Positions 1-10,358 are shown, counted from the first letter of the stretch. The stretch is DNA of 49,381 nucleotides from Actinomycetota bacterium (GCA_014894375.1 JADBLP010000056.1:1-49381), one strand, 5' to 3'. Made by a program: numbers and translations. The notes: generated by a model not told the origin, from the letters alone.

Positions 1-47
1 GTGGAAGGACTATAGGAGCTGGCAGTGTTACCAGGATAATTGAATAG
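1..47 (+). CDS. tuf: elongation factor Tu, C-terminal end (5'-truncated by window edge)
   Basis: Frame 3 reads GRTIGAGSVTRIIE then TAG at 45-47, matching the conserved EF-Tu C-terminus. tuf classically sits immediately upstream of rpsJ. Confidence 0.75.
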   Translation, partial: GRTIGAGSVTRIIE

Positions 48-86
48 AAAAAAGGAGAAAGGTAATTAAAAGCGGGAGGAATTGTA

Positions 87-407
87 ATGGCGGAAGGTAA
101 ATTAGGTCAGAAAATTAGAATCAAATTAAAAGCTTATGATCATGAAGTTATTGATCGTTCGGCAAAAAAAATAGTGGAGACTGTTGAGAGTTCTGGCGCC
201 AAAGTTTCTGGCCCAATTCCACTACCGAATAAAAAAAATATATATTGTGTTATAAGATCTCCTCATGTAAATAAAGATTCGAGGGAGCATTTTGAAATAA
301 GAACTCATAAAAGGCTTATAGATATTATTGATCCTACTCCAAAAACAGTAGACTTGCTGATGAGGCTCAGTTTACCGGCAGGTGTGGGTATAGAAATAAA
401 GTCTTAA
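87..407 (+). CDS. rpsJ: 30S ribosomal protein S10
   Basis: 106-aa ORF with [10 protein letters not shown]...SGPIPLP...[30 protein letters not shown] Shine-Dalgarno (SD) upstream. First gene of the S10 operon order. Confidence 0.97.
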   Translation: MAEGKLGQKIRIKLKAYDHEVIDRSAKKIVETVESSGAKVSGPIPLPNKKNIYCVIRSPHVNKDSREHFEIRTHKRLIDIIDPTPKTVDLLMRLSLPAGVGIEIKS

Positions 408-443
408 TACATAGTAAGGTATTTCCCGGGAAGTGGTGTAAAG

Positions 444-1067
444 ATGATAAATGCGATATATGGAAAAAAACTTGGATGTACTCAAATATTTAATGAAAGT
501 GGCAATGCATTGTATGTTACGGCGATTGAAGCTGAGCCATGTATAGTTGTCCAGGTTAAGGATGATAAAAAAGATGGATATAATGCTCTAAAAGTAGGTT
601 TTGGTAAAATCAAAGAGAGAAAAGCAACTAAACCGCACGAGGGTGAATTTTCAAAAAATAAAGTAGATTTAAAGAGGAGCTTAAGGGAAATCAGAGTGGA
701 TAAATTTGACCAGGAATATAAGCCTGGAGATAGCCTGGATGTTAAAATTTTCAAGGTAGGAGATAAAGTCAAAATAACCGGAAATAGTAAAGGTAAAGGA
801 TTTGCCGGAGTAATAAAAAGACATGGGTTTCATAGGGGAAGAATGAGCCATGGTTCTCATTCCCATAGAATACCAGGTTCGGTAGGAATGTGTGCCACTC
901 CTTCAAGGATAGCAAAGGGCAAGAAGATGCCTGGAAGAATGGGAGGCAGCAAAGTTACTATTTCTGGATCAGAGATAGTCGATATAATTGAAGACCAGAA
1001 TTTAATTTTAGTTAAAGGAAGCGTTCCGGGTGCTAAGGGCAGTTTAGTTTTTTTAAGGAAGGTTTAG
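444..1067 (+). CDS. rplC: 50S ribosomal protein L3
   Basis: 207-aa ORF with KLGCTQIF and GKGFAGVIKRHGFHRG..SHGS.SHRIPGS motifs. Canonical position after rpsJ. Confidence 0.97.
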   Translation: MINAIYGKKLGCTQIFNESGNALYVTAIEAEPCIVVQVKDDKKDGYNALKVGFGKIKERKATKPHEGEFSKNKVDLKRSLREIRVDKFDQEYKPGDSLDVKIFKVGDKVKITGNSKGKGFAGVIKRHGFHRGRMSHGSHSHRIPGSVGMCATPSRIAKGKKMPGRMGGSKVTISGSEIVDIIEDQNLILVKGSVPGAKGSLVFLRKV

Positions 1068-1095
1068 TAAATTATAAAGTTTTTGGGAGAATGAA

Positions 1096-1734
1096 ATGGC
1101 CAGTTTGAATGTCGTTGATTCAGATGGAAAGGAATTGGAAAAAATAAACATATCCAGTGAAATAATAGGTCAGAAAATGAATTCCGAGATCCTGTACCAG
1201 GAAGTAAGAAGATATCTTGCTTCTATGAGATCTGGAACACACAATACCAAAGATAGAGGTGAAGTAAGAGGCGGCGGGAGAAAACCCTGGAGGCAGAAAG
1301 GTACTGGAAATGCCAGGGCTGGTTCCATCCGTTCTCCAATATGGAGAGGCGGTGGAGTGGTTTTTGGGCCTAAGCCAAGAGATTATTCTTTTAAATTAAA
1401 TAAAAAAGTAATAAAGAAGGCAAAGTTAATAGCATTATCAGAAAAGCTTAAAAATAAAAAAATTATTGTGATTGATAAATTAAGTTTTAAAAATCCGGAA
1501 ACAAAAAAAGCAGCAGAAATACTAAAGAAACTTAATTTGGATAGGGGTAAAGTACTTATGGTTTTTGATAGTTTAAATATTAGTGAAGTAAAATCCTTCA
1601 GGAATATTGGCAACGTTACGGTAGAAAGCGCAAAGGGGCTAAATGCTTATATTATCCTTGCAGCAGATTATGTGGTTTTTACCAAAAGCTCACTGAATAA
1701 TTTTATTGAGAGGTTAGGCAATGGAAGATCCTAG
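1096..1734 (+). CDS. rplD: 50S ribosomal protein L4
   Basis: 212-aa ORF with RGGGRKPWRQKGTGNARAGSIRSPIWRGGGVVFGPKPRDY. Canonical operon position. Confidence 0.97.
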   Translation: MASLNVVDSDGKELEKINISSEIIGQKMNSEILYQEVRRYLASMRSGTHNTKDRGEVRGGGRKPWRQKGTGNARAGSIRSPIWRGGGVVFGPKPRDYSFKLNKKVIKKAKLIALSEKLKNKKIIVIDKLSFKNPETKKAAEILKKLNLDRGKVLMVFDSLNISEVKSFRNIGNVTVESAKGLNAYIILAADYVVFTKSSLNNFIERLGNGRS

Positions 1735-2008
1735 AGATATAATTCTTTCTCCGGTTGTATCGGAAAAAAGTTATGCTGCGGTTCAGAATAAAAGATATTC
1801 TTTTTTTGTCGATATTAGGGTAAAAAAAAGTGAGATAAAGAGGGCAATTGAAGAGATATTTAAGGTTAAGGTTTTGAAAATAAGTACCATGAATATTAAA
1901 TCTAAGCCAAAGAGATTAGGAAGATCGGTAGGTACGAGCACCCGTAAAAAAAGAGCTGTAGTTACTCTGGGTAAAAAAGATAAAATTGATTTTTTTGAAT
2001 CAGTCTGA
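1721..2008 (+). CDS. rplW: 50S ribosomal protein L23
   Basis: 95-aa ORF, SEKSY...YSFFVD...EIKRAIEEIFKVKV. Overlaps the rplD end by 14 nt (translational coupling). Confidence 0.95.
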   Translation: MEDPRDIILSPVVSEKSYAAVQNKRYSFFVDIRVKKSEIKRAIEEIFKVKVLKISTMNIKSKPKRLGRSVGTSTRKKRAVVTLGKKDKIDFFESV

Positions 2009-2029
2009 TTTAGTTTGGAGGTATAAAAG

Positions 2030-2860
2030 TTGGCTGTTAAAAAATATAAACCCACGACTCCTGGGAGAAGGTTTGCAACAGTTTCTGATTTTTCGGATTT
2101 AACAAAAAAAAGACCGGAGAAATCGCTCACCAGGTCTTTAAAAAGAGATGCCGGTAGAAATGCTAATGGCAGAATTACTAGGAGACATAGCGGTGGTGGA
2201 CATAAAAGATTATATAGAATTATAGATTTTAAAAGATTAAAAGACGGTATTCCGGCTAAGGTAGAAGCAATTGAATACGATCCTAACAGAAGTGCCAGGA
2301 TTGCTCTTGTCATTTATAAGGATGGGGAAAGGAGCTATATAATTGCTCCCCTTAAGTTAAAAGTGGGAGATATTGTAATGTCAGGAGAAAAGGCTGATAT
2401 TAAAGTGGGTAACGCTCTTCCCTTAAAAAATATACCGGTTGGAACGATAATTCACAATATAGAGCTTAAGGAAGGAAAAGGGGCAGAATTAGCTAGATCA
2501 GCAGGTGGATATGCTCAGCTTCTGGCAAAAGAGGGAAAATATGCTAATATAAAGCTTCCTTCAAGCGAAGTTAGATTGGTAGGGTTGAATTGCAGAGCCT
2601 GTATTGGTCAGATTGGAAATACAACCCATGGAATAATTCGGCTGGGTAAGGCAGGAAGGAAAAGATGGCTGGGAATAAGACCATCGGTTAGAGGAACGGC
2701 AATGAATCCTATTGACCATCCTCATGGTGGAGGCGAAGGGAAAAATAAAAGTTCTGGAAGACACCCTTGTACTCCCTGGGGGAAACCCACGCTGGGCTAT
2801 AGGACAAGAAAGAAAAATAGTGAAACTGATAAATATATAATCAGGAGAAGGAATAAATAA
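2030..2860 (+). CDS. rplB: 50S ribosomal protein L2
   Basis: 276-aa ORF, TTG start after GGAGGT SD. Motifs [21 protein letters not shown] and [14 protein letters not shown]. Confidence 0.97.
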   Translation: MAVKKYKPTTPGRRFATVSDFSDLTKKRPEKSLTRSLKRDAGRNANGRITRRHSGGGHKRLYRIIDFKRLKDGIPAKVEAIEYDPNRSARIALVIYKDGERSYIIAPLKLKVGDIVMSGEKADIKVGNALPLKNIPVGTIIHNIELKEGKGAELARSAGGYAQLLAKEGKYANIKLPSSEVRLVGLNCRACIGQIGNTTHGIIRLGKAGRKRWLGIRPSVRGTAMNPIDHPHGGGEGKNKSSGRHPCTPWGKPTLGYRTRKKNSETDKYIIRRRNK

Positions 2861-2894
2861 TGGGTTTGAATTTTACATTTGGAGGAGAACTGGA

Positions 2895-3188
2895 ATGTCA
2901 AGGTCTTTAAAAAAAGGTCCCTTTATTGAAGAAAAGTTATTAAAAAGAATAAATAAGCTAAATGAATCAGGAGAGAAAAAAATCATAAAGACCTGGTCTA
3001 GAAGTTCAACTATATTTCCGGAAATGGTTGGGCACACTATAGCTGTTCATGATGGAAGAAGACATGTCCCTATATTCATATCGGAGTCTATGGTAGGTCA
3101 TAAGTTAGGGGAATTTGCGCCGTCAAGATCTATAAGGCCACATGTTTATAAAGGAAAGAGTGAAAGGGTAGCTACTGTTAAGAAGTAA
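2895..3188 (+). CDS. rpsS: 30S ribosomal protein S19
   Basis: 97-aa [14 protein letters not shown]...[26 protein letters not shown] upstream. Confidence 0.97.
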   Translation: MSRSLKKGPFIEEKLLKRINKLNESGEKKIIKTWSRSSTIFPEMVGHTIAVHDGRRHVPIFISESMVGHKLGEFAPSRSIRPHVYKGKSERVATVKK

Positions 3189-3223
3189 GTAAAGCGCAGT
3201 AGTCTAAAGAGGGAGTTAGAGTT

Positions 3224-3571
3224 TTGGAAACCAAGGCTGTTGAAAAGTACATAAGAATATCATCAAGAAAAATAAAATATGTTGTTGATTTGATAAAATC
3301 AAAGTCAATAGAGAATGCTATAGATATATTGTCTTTTACACCTAAGGCGGCAGCAGCTGTGGTAAAGAAAGCTATACAAAGTGCCGTAGCTAACGCTACT
3401 GAAAATCACAAAATGAAAGAAGAAGATTTGTTTATTTCTAGAATATTGGTAAATGAAGGGCCAACTTTAAAGAGGTTCAGGCCAAGAGCCAGGGGCAGGG
3501 CTACTAAAATTAGAAAGAGAACTTCGCATCTATCGGTTTATGTATCTAATGGTAAAGAGAAGGAGGCTTAG
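3224..3571 (+). CDS. rplV: 50S ribosomal protein L22
   Basis: 115-aa ORF, TTG start after GGGAG SD. RFRPRARGRATKIRKRTSHL motif. Confidence 0.96.
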   Translation: METKAVEKYIRISSRKIKYVVDLIKSKSIENAIDILSFTPKAAAAVVKKAIQSAVANATENHKMKEEDLFISRILVNEGPTLKRFRPRARGRATKIRKRTSHLSVYVSNGKEKEA

Positions 3572-3574
3572 GAG

Positions 3575-4270
3575 ATGGGTCATAAGGTGAATCCTAATGG
3601 GTTTAGGCTTGTAATTAATAAAGGGTGGCAATCCAGATGGTTTGCTGAAAAAGACTATGCCAAGTTTCTCAAAGAAGATATCATTATAAGGAATATAATT
3701 GAGGGTCAGCTAGAAAATGCCGGGGTTTCAAAAATCGAGATTGAAAGAACGGAAGAAGAAGTGAAAGTAGATATGCATACTTCCAAGCCGGGTATAGTTA
3801 TAGGTAGAAGAGGGGCGAATATTAATGACATCAGGAATTTAATAGAGAAAAAAACTGGGAGTATTATACAGTTGAATATAATAGAAATTAAGAAGCCTGA
3901 ACTGATTGCAAAATTAGTAGCTGAGGGTATTGCCTCACAACTAGTTGGAAGAGTTAGCTTTAGAAAAGCTATGAAAAAAGCTATTTCATTATGTATGAAA
4001 GCAGGAGCAAAAGGTATAAGAGTCCAATGTGCTGGAAGATTGGGCGGAGCAGAGATGGCCAGGACTGAATGGTATAGAGAAGGAAGAGTCCCGCTGCATA
4101 CTCTTAGAGCGAATATTGATTATGGATTTGCAGAAGCAAATACGACTTTTGGTAAAATTGGAGTTAAAGTCTGGATATACTTAGGAGATATCATACTGGA
4201 TAAGGGAGAGATGGGAAAGGAAAGAAAACTTGATAAAAGGAAGAAGGAAAAAGAAATAATTTCAAGTTAG
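3575..4270 (+). CDS. rpsC: 30S ribosomal protein S3
   Basis: 231-aa [15 protein letters not shown]..., KH-domain [12 protein letters not shown], lysine-rich C-terminal tail. Confidence 0.97.
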   Translation: MGHKVNPNGFRLVINKGWQSRWFAEKDYAKFLKEDIIIRNIIEGQLENAGVSKIEIERTEEEVKVDMHTSKPGIVIGRRGANINDIRNLIEKKTGSIIQLNIIEIKKPELIAKLVAEGIASQLVGRVSFRKAMKKAISLCMKAGAKGIRVQCAGRLGGAEMARTEWYREGRVPLHTLRANIDYGFAEANTTFGKIGVKVWIYLGDIILDKGEMGKERKLDKRKKEKEIISS

Positions 4271-4279
4271 GAGATATTT

Positions 4280-4699
4280 ATGGCAGCAATGTTAATGCCT
4301 AAACGGGTAAAATATAGAAAAGTACAAAGAGGAAGAATGAAAGGTATTGCCAAAGGTGGTACTAAGCTCTCTTTTGGAGAATATGGGCTGCAGGCACTTG
4401 AATGTGGCTGGTTAACAAGCAGGCAGGTAGAAGCTGCAAGGGTAGCTCTTACCAGGTATATAAAAAGGGGAGGAAAAGTATGGATAAATGTTTTTCCTCA
4501 TAAACCTGTTACCAAAAAACCGGCTGAAACCCGTATGGGCGGAGGAAAAGGTGCGCCGGAAAATTGGGTAGTTGTGGTTAAGCCTGGAAGAATCTTATTT
4601 GAGATTTCGGGCGTTAGTATGGAAGTTGCAAAGGAAGCAATTAGATTGGCTTCTAATAAATTGTCTATAAAATCAAAATTTGTTTATGAAGAACTATAA
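4280..4699 (+). CDS. rplP: 50S ribosomal protein L16
   Basis: 139-aa ORF with [19 protein letters not shown]...TRMGGGKG. Confidence 0.97.
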   Translation: MAAMLMPKRVKYRKVQRGRMKGIAKGGTKLSFGEYGLQALECGWLTSRQVEAARVALTRYIKRGGKVWINVFPHKPVTKKPAETRMGGGKGAPENWVVVVKPGRILFEISGVSMEVAKEAIRLASNKLSIKSKFVYEEL

Positions 4700-4714
4700 C
4701 AAACCGGGTGGGAA

Positions 4715-4915
4715 ATGAGAATAAGTGAGATAAAGGAACAAACAAAAGAAGAATTAGAAGCAAAACTAGTGGATATAAAAAAGAGTGTTTTTAATTTGAA
4801 GTTTCAAAAAGCTACAGGGCAATTAGAAAATCCGGTAAAGATACGAAATTTAAGGAAAGATATTGCCAGAATAAAAACTTTACTTAGAGAGAAAGAGCTC
4901 AAGTATAAAGATTAA
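4715..4915 (+). CDS. rpmC: 50S ribosomal protein L29
   Basis: 66-aa [45 protein letters not shown]. Canonical position between rplP and rpsQ. Confidence 0.95.
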   Translation: MRISEIKEQTKEELEAKLVDIKKSVFNLKFQKATGQLENPVKIRNLRKDIARIKTLLREKELKYKD

Positions 4916-4959
4916 TGAGGAAAGCAAGAAATCAGGCAGAGAGAAATAAGGGGGTTTTT

Positions 4960-5214
4960 TTGGAAAGAGGAAAAGTAAAAGTAAGAGTGGGAACAGTAGT
5001 AAGTGACAAAATGGATAAGACGGTTGTTGTTGCCGTAGAATCTCATTATAAACACCCTTTATACAAGAAGATTTTAAAGAAAATAAAGAAATTGAAGGTA
5101 CACGATCCTGAAGGCAGTTGTAAGCTTGGTGATATAGTAAAGATTTCTGAAATAAGGCCTATTAGTAAGACTAAGAGGTGGAGACTGGTCGAGGTAATTA
5201 GGAAAGCGGAGTAG
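4960..5214 (+). CDS. rpsQ: 30S ribosomal protein S17
   Basis: [18 protein letters not shown]...[14 protein letters not shown] prefer the in-frame TTG at 4960 (gives [11 protein letters not shown], 5 nt after AAGGGGG SD). The track's longer ATG 4915 (TAATG overlap with rpmC) adds an atypical 15-aa extension and is the alternative. Confidence 0.9.
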   Translation: MERGKVKVRVGTVVSDKMDKTVVVAVESHYKHPLYKKILKKIKKLKVHDPEGSCKLGDIVKISEIRPISKTKRWRLVEVIRKAE

Positions 5215-5228
5215 AGAAGGATTTAAAA

Positions 5229-5597
5229 ATGATTCAAGCTGAGAGTAAGGTAAAAGTGGCGGATAATACCGGTGCAAGGGAAATTAAATGCTTTAAAGTT
5301 TTAGGGGGAACAAGAAAGAGGTATGCACGTGTTGGGGATACTTTTATTGCTGCAGTAAAAGTAGCAAATCCAGGAGGGGTAGTAAAGAAAAGCGATATAG
5401 TAACGGCTGTACTTGTAAGATCAAAAAAAACATTTAGGAGGCCCGACGGATCGTATATAAGGTTTGATGATAACGCGGCAGTTATTATTGATGTACAGAA
5501 TAACCCGAGAGGGACCAGAATATTTGGTCCAGTAGCAAGAGAACTAAGAGATAAAAATTTTATGAAGATAATTTCACTCGCACCAGAGGTAATTTAG
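5229..5597 (+). CDS. rplN: 50S ribosomal protein L14
   Basis: 122-aa [30 protein letters not shown]... Confidence 0.97.
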   Translation: MIQAESKVKVADNTGAREIKCFKVLGGTRKRYARVGDTFIAAVKVANPGGVVKKSDIVTAVLVRSKKTFRRPDGSYIRFDDNAAVIIDVQNNPRGTRIFGPVARELRDKNFMKIISLAPEVI

Positions 5598-5621
5598 TTA
5601 TTTGTAGCAGGAGCATTAAAA

Positions 5622-5933
5622 ATGTTAAAAATAAAGAAAAATGATAAGGTTGAGATAATAAAAGGAAAAGATAAAGGAAAAACAGGAAAAGTACTTAGAA
5701 TAGAGTCCGTTACAAATAGATTATATGTTGAGGGTACTAATATTATAAATAAGCATGTCAGGCAGAAGGATCAAAGCAAACCTGGCGGTATTATTAAAAA
5801 GGAAGGACCCATTAAAATTTCAAATGTTAAACTTGTTTGCCCTAATTGCGGAAAGCCAGCAAGAGTGGGTTTTGAAGTTAAGGATTCTGGTGAAAAAGTC
5901 AGGATATGTAAGAAGTGCAATCAGCAGATTTAA
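5622..5933 (+). CDS. rplX: 50S ribosomal protein L24 (Cys4 variant)
   Basis: 103-aa ORF with KOW motif KKNDKVEIIKGKDKGKTGKV. C-terminal CPNC...CKKC (C73, C76, C96, C99). Confidence 0.96.
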   Translation: MLKIKKNDKVEIIKGKDKGKTGKVLRIESVTNRLYVEGTNIINKHVRQKDQSKPGGIIKKEGPIKISNVKLVCPNCGKPARVGFEVKDSGEKVRICKKCNQQI

Positions 5934-5958
5934 AGGATAAATGCTTGAGGTGATATTG

Positions 5959-6501
5959 ATGGAGCCGAGATTAAAAGAAAAATATAAAAAAGAAATAATT
6001 CCTAAAATGTTAAAAAATCGTAAATTTAATAATGTAATGGAATTACCCAGGATAAATAAAATCACTGTAAATATGGGTATTGGCTCTGCGATTCAAAATA
6101 TAAAAGAATTGGAATCTGCTAGCCAGGATCTGGCTAAAATTACAGGCCAGAAGCCTGTTATAACAAAAGCCAGAAAATCGGTTGCGGGATTTAAGCTCAG
6201 ACAGGGAAACCCAATAGGCTGTATGGTTACTTTAAGGGGAAAGAGAATGTATGAGTTTTTGGATAGACTGCTTAGTATAGCAATTCCAAGAATTAGGGAT
6301 TTTAGAGGTCTTTCTAAAAAAAGTTTTGATGGTACTGGAAATTATACTATTGGCATAAAAGAACAGTTAATTTTTCCAGAAGTAGAGTATGACAGTATTT
6401 TAAGTGTAAAAGGTATGAATATTACTATTACCACCAGTGCGGAAAATGATGATGAAGCATTATTTTTACTGGAGGAGTTTGGGTTTCCATTTAAAAAATA
6501 A
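5959..6501 (+). CDS. rplE: 50S ribosomal protein L5
   Basis: [15 protein letters not shown]...[16 protein letters not shown] 5959 follows GAGGTGA SD. The track ORF start at 5941 is a likely over-extension. Confidence 0.95.
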   Translation: MEPRLKEKYKKEIIPKMLKNRKFNNVMELPRINKITVNMGIGSAIQNIKELESASQDLAKITGQKPVITKARKSVAGFKLRQGNPIGCMVTLRGKRMYEFLDRLLSIAIPRIRDFRGLSKKSFDGTGNYTIGIKEQLIFPEVEYDSILSVKGMNITITTSAENDDEALFLLEEFGFPFKK

Positions 6502-6532
6502 AAAAACGCAAGTTTTATAAAGGAGACATTTA

Positions 6533-6718
6533 TTGGCAAAGAAATCACTTATAGAAAAACAAAGAAGAGAGCCTAAATACAAAACAAGAAAGTACAGCAG
6601 ATGTTTTAGGTGTGGTAGACCCAGAGGTTATTATAGAAAGTTTGGATTATGTAGAATTTGTCTTAGAGAAATGGCTCATGAAGGAAAAATTCCTGGACTA
6701 ACCAAGTCCAGTTGGTAA
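6533..6718 (+). CDS. rpsN: 30S ribosomal protein S14, short zinc-binding (type Z) form
   Basis: 61-aa ORF, TTG start after [28 protein letters not shown] Cys4 motif. Confidence 0.96.
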   Translation: MAKKSLIEKQRREPKYKTRKYSRCFRCGRPRGYYRKFGLCRICLREMAHEGKIPGLTKSSW

Positions 6719-6729
6719 AAGGAGGTTTT

Positions 6730-7134
6730 ATGTCGGCAGTCACAGATCCTGTTTCAGATATGTTAACCAGAATAAGGAATGGCTATATTGCTAAGCTGGA
6801 TAGTGTCAGTATACCTTATTCAAAACTTAAAACAGAAATAGCCATGATATTGGATGAAGAAGGTTATATAAGAAGTTATGAAATCTGTAAAGATGAAAAT
6901 GTTGGTGGCTTAATTAAAGTATACTTAAAATATGATAAAGACAAAAAGAGTGTTATAACCGCGCTTAAAAGAATAAGCAAACCAGGACTCAGGGTTTATG
7001 CGCAAAAGGATGAAATTCCCAGGGTTCTTGGTGGTTTAGGAACAGTTATATTGTCTACGTCAAAAGGTGTACTTACAGGTACAGGAGCCAAAAAACTAGG
7101 AGTTGGCGGGGAAGTAATATGTTCTATATGGTAG
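6730..7134 (+). CDS. rpsH: 30S ribosomal protein S8
   Basis: [18 protein letters not shown]... ATG 6730 follows AAAGGAGG SD. The upstream TTG 6712 in the track is less likely. Confidence 0.96.
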   Translation: MSAVTDPVSDMLTRIRNGYIAKLDSVSIPYSKLKTEIAMILDEEGYIRSYEICKDENVGGLIKVYLKYDKDKKSVITALKRISKPGLRVYAQKDEIPRVLGGLGTVILSTSKGVLTGTGAKKLGVGGEVICSIW

Positions 7135-7166
7135 AAAGAGAAAATGGTTAGAAAGGTGAGTTTAAA

Positions 7167-7718
7167 GTGTCAAGAATAGGAAGGAAGCCTATTGATGTAC
7201 CGGAAGAAGTAGAGATCAAAATAGATAAGGACAATATTAGTGTAAAGGGAAAATTAGGAGAGCTTTCTCAAAAGTTTGACAACACTTCTGTTAAATTAAG
7301 TATGGAAGACAGTAGGTTAACTGTTATTCCAGTTTCGAATAGTAATGAGAATAGAGCTAAACATGGTCTTTATAGAAGCCTTTTGAATAACATGGTTATA
7401 GGTGTAAGCAGCGGTTTTAGCAAAACCTTAATAATAGTCGGTGTGGGTTTTAGAGCCAGTAAGAAAGGAAATGATCTGGAAATATTGGCAGGATATTCAA
7501 ATCCGGTAATAGTCAATCCTCTTCAAGGGATATCATTTGATGTCCCGGATAATACCACAATTGTGGTTAAAGGAATAGATAAACAGGTAGTTGGAGAAAT
7601 GGCTGCTAAGATCAGGAGTATAAGGAAACCGGAACCTTATAAGGGTAAAGGCATAAAATATAGTGATGAAGTTATAAGAAGAAAAGTTGGTAAAACAGGT
7701 ATTACCAGCGGTTCTTAA
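7167..7718 (+). CDS. rplF: 50S ribosomal protein L6
   Basis: 183-aa ORF, GTG start, MSRIGRKPIDVP... Canonical position. Confidence 0.96.
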   Translation: MSRIGRKPIDVPEEVEIKIDKDNISVKGKLGELSQKFDNTSVKLSMEDSRLTVIPVSNSNENRAKHGLYRSLLNNMVIGVSSGFSKTLIIVGVGFRASKKGNDLEILAGYSNPVIVNPLQGISFDVPDNTTIVVKGIDKQVVGEMAAKIRSIRKPEPYKGKGIKYSDEVIRRKVGKTGITSGS

Positions 7719-7737
7719 ATTTATTATAGGAGATTTT

Positions 7738-8100
7738 ATGAAGAGCAAAACTGAAAAAAGGGATAAAAGTTTAAGAAGAAAAGTAAGGAGCAGGTTTAAA
7801 ATTAAAAGAAGCAGCAATCGTATGAGACTCTCTGTTCACCGGAGCAATAAATATATTTACGGTCAGATAATAGATGATAGCGCCGGCACTGCACTGGTTG
7901 GTATATCAAGCAAGAAAATTGAAAGCAAAGATGGAGATAAAGGGAAAATAGATATAAGCTTTAGGACTGGAGAAGCCCTGGCTAAAATGGCAAAGAAGAA
8001 AAGTATAAATGAAATAGTTTTTGATAGAAGTGGTTACAAGTATCATGGTAGAGTAAAAGCCCTGGCTGAAGGTGCAAGAAAAGGCGGATTGAAATTTTAA
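7738..8100 (+). CDS. rplR: 50S ribosomal protein L18
   Basis: MKSKTEKRDKSLRRKVR...RLSVHRSNKYIYGQIIDD. ATG 7738 follows AGGAGA SD. The track start 7687 overlaps rplF and is a likely over-extension. Confidence 0.95.
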   Translation: MKSKTEKRDKSLRRKVRSRFKIKRSSNRMRLSVHRSNKYIYGQIIDDSAGTALVGISSKKIESKDGDKGKIDISFRTGEALAKMAKKKSINEIVFDRSGYKYHGRVKALAEGARKGGLKF

Positions 8101-8124
8101 CCCTATTTTTAAGGAGGATATTTA

Positions 8125-8619
8125 GTGGCTAATCTTTCTAAAGATACAGAATTAAGTGAAAAGGTCATAAAAATAAATAGAGTAGCGAAAGTGGTTAAGG
8201 GCGGTAGAAGATTTAGCTTTAGTGCTCTTGTAGCAGTTGGTAATATGAATGGTACGGTTGGTATTGGTTTTGGTAAAGCTAACGAGGTTTCAACCGCAAT
8301 CCAAAAAGGCATTAATAATGCAAAGAAAAATATGTTTAAAGTGCCTTTGACTGATGGAACCATACCCCATCCAATTGATGGTTGGTTTGGCGCAGGTCAT
8401 GTCTTTATGAAGCCGGCTTCTCGCGGTAAAGGAGTAATTGCCGGTGGACCGGTAAGAATAATAATGGAATTGGCTGGTGTAAAGGATATTCTTACAAAAT
8501 CATTGGGAAGTGCCAACGCTTTAAATATAGTTAATGCAACTATTAGTGGTCTAAAGATGCTTAAAACACCGGAGCAGATTGCAGGTATGCGGAAGATAGA
8601 AGAACCGGAAGTTAATTAA
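8125..8619 (+). CDS. rpsE: 30S ribosomal protein S5
   Basis: 164-aa ORF, GTG start after [36 protein letters not shown]. Confidence 0.97.
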   Translation: MANLSKDTELSEKVIKINRVAKVVKGGRRFSFSALVAVGNMNGTVGIGFGKANEVSTAIQKGINNAKKNMFKVPLTDGTIPHPIDGWFGAGHVFMKPASRGKGVIAGGPVRIIMELAGVKDILTKSLGSANALNIVNATISGLKMLKTPEQIAGMRKIEEPEVN

Positions 8620-8652
8620 TATTATGGGTTTGGATAATACTGGAAGGAGAAA

Positions 8653-9096
8653 ATGGTGAAGCTTTGTGATATAAGATCTCCTAAGTCTATAAAAAAAAAG
8701 AAAAGAGTAGGCAGAGGTAACGGTTCTGGACACGGGACCACCAGCGGAAGGGGCACGAAAGGACAGTTGTCCCGATCAGGTGGTAAAACCAGAATAGGTT
8801 TTGAAGGCGGACAGATGCCCCTACAAAGGAGATTACCGCATCTCAAAGGTTTTAAAAATACCAGGAAGAAAATAAATAATATAATTAATGTGTTGCAGTT
8901 AGAAAAGTTCAAAGATGATAGTGTTGTTGACTATGATTTTTTAGAAAAGAATGGCCTTATTGTGAAAAAGTCAAATCCTGTAAAAATATTGGGTAATGGC
9001 AAGCTTACTAAAAAAATAACTGTTAAAGCCAATTATTTCAGCAGGAGCGCTGCAGCTAAAATTGAAAAAGCTGGTGGAAAAGTAGAGGTGATTTAA
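8653..9096 (+). CDS. rplO: 50S ribosomal protein L15
   Basis: 147-aa ORF with RVGRGNGSGHGTTSGRGTKGQ. It follows rpsE after only 33 nt, so there is no L30 gene between them. Confidence 0.96.
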   Translation: MVKLCDIRSPKSIKKKKRVGRGNGSGHGTTSGRGTKGQLSRSGGKTRIGFEGGQMPLQRRLPHLKGFKNTRKKINNIINVLQLEKFKDDSVVDYDFLEKNGLIVKKSNPVKILGNGKLTKKITVKANYFSRSAAAKIEKAGGKVEVI

Positions 9097-10358
9097 TGTT
9101 CCGGGCTATTATAAATGCCTTTAAAATTAAAGAAGTCAGAAACAAAATATTATTCACTATTGGTATTTTAGCCATTTATAGATTTGGAGCTAATATTACT
9201 ATACCGGGAGTAGATGCAACCAAAATCCTGGGACAGGTTGAAACCGGGGTAATGGGTATGATGGATTTATTTTCAGGAGGAGCGCTGGGAAAATTTGCAG
9301 TATTTTCTCTGGGTATTATGCCTTACATAACTGCCTCTATTGTAATGCAGCTTCTTCAAGTTGTAATTCCTAGGCTGGAGCAGCTGGCAAAGGAAGGAGA
9401 AACCGGCAGGAGAAAAATAAATCAAATAGCAAGATATATGACCGTAGTGCTAGCTTTAATGCAATCTACAGCAATGGTTTTTTTCTTTAGAAATTTTGGC
9501 GCTATACCTAATTTTGACTCTATACATGTTGCTTTGATTATTATTACATTAGTTGCTGGAACCATCATTATAATGTGGTTAGGTGAATTGATAAATATTC
9601 ATGGAATAGGAAATGGAATTTCACTTATAATATTTGCCAGTATAATTTCCAGAATACCAGGGCAGTTTATAAGTCTATTTAGACTGCGGGGTACGAATTA
9701 CTTCTTTTTAGCCCTTTTTGCAATTTTATCTATTGGTATAATTATAGCTGTAATACTTATCCAGCAAGGTGAGAGAAAAATACCTGTTCAGTATGCAAAA
9801 CGAATTGTAGGAAGAAAAGTTTTTGGCGGACAAAGTACTTACATACCACTCAAAGTTAATCAATCTGGAGTAATGCCCATAATTCTGGCTATATCAGTTA
9901 TGCTTTTTCCTGCAACAATTGCACAATTTAGTACCAACAGATGGGTACAATCCTTTGCTAATGTGTTAAGTCCAACTATACAGGGAAGAATCAATCCAAT
10001 TTATGCCATTGCTTATACTATTCTTATTATTATATTTGCTTACTTTTATACCGCTATTACTTTTAATCCTCTGGACACTGCAGATAATCTGAGAAGGTAC
10101 GGTGGATTTATACCAGGACTACGACCTGGAAAAAATACAGCAGATTACTTAACAAATATTTTAAACAGGATAACATTACCAGGTGCTATATTTTTAGCAA
10201 TAATTGCTCTTCTTCCTGAGGTATTGATTGACTATATGAAAATACCTTTTAAATTTGGTGGAACATCTATACTTATTGCTGTAAGTGTTGCTTTAGAAAC
10301 TATGAGACAACTTGAGTCTCAGCTTACCATGAGGGATTATGAGGGGTTTCTAAAATGA
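9096..10358 (+). CDS. secY: preprotein translocase subunit SecY
   Basis: 420-aa polytopic membrane ORF (GIMPYITASIVMQLL...) in the canonical slot between rplO and adk. Confidence 0.96.
   Translation: MFRAIINAFKIKEVRNKILFTIGILAIYRFGANITIPGVDATKILGQVETGVMGMMDLFSGGALGKFAVFSLGIMPYITASIVMQLLQVVIPRLEQLAKEGETGRRKINQIARYMTVVLALMQSTAMVFFFRNFGAIPNFDSIHVALIIITLVAGTIIIMWLGELINIHGIGNGISLIIFASIISRIPGQFISLFRLRGTNYFFLALFAILSIGIIIAVILIQQGERKIPVQYAKRIVGRKVFGGQSTYIPLKVNQSGVMPIILAISVMLFPATIAQFSTNRWVQSFANVLSPTIQGRINPIYAIAYTILIIIFAYFYTAITFNPLDTADNLRRYGGFIPGLRPGKNTADYLTNILNRITLPGAIFLAIIALLPEVLIDYMKIPFKFGGTSILIAVSVALETMRQLESQLTMRDYEGFLK

Noticed and set aside
1783-2313. 176-aa ORF antisense to rplW/rplB. Similar long antisense ORFs occur at 482-772, 8109-8363, 8622-8912, 12634-13038, 13716-14150, 15460-15777 and 27493-27981.
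   Set aside because: All lie entirely opposite strongly supported conserved genes. They have no SD and a low-complexity Leu/Ser/Phe/Ile-rich composition typical of shadow frames of purine-rich coding strands, and no recognisable motifs. I treat them as artefacts.
5755-5940. 61-aa same-strand alternative-frame ORF inside rplX.
   Set aside because: It is embedded in the conserved L24 frame with no SD and no recognisable protein features.
8620-8652. Possible hidden or degraded rpmD between rpsE and rplO.
   Set aside because: The gap is only 33 nt and consists of the rplO SD region. No ORF or remnant can fit, so it is reported as absence.
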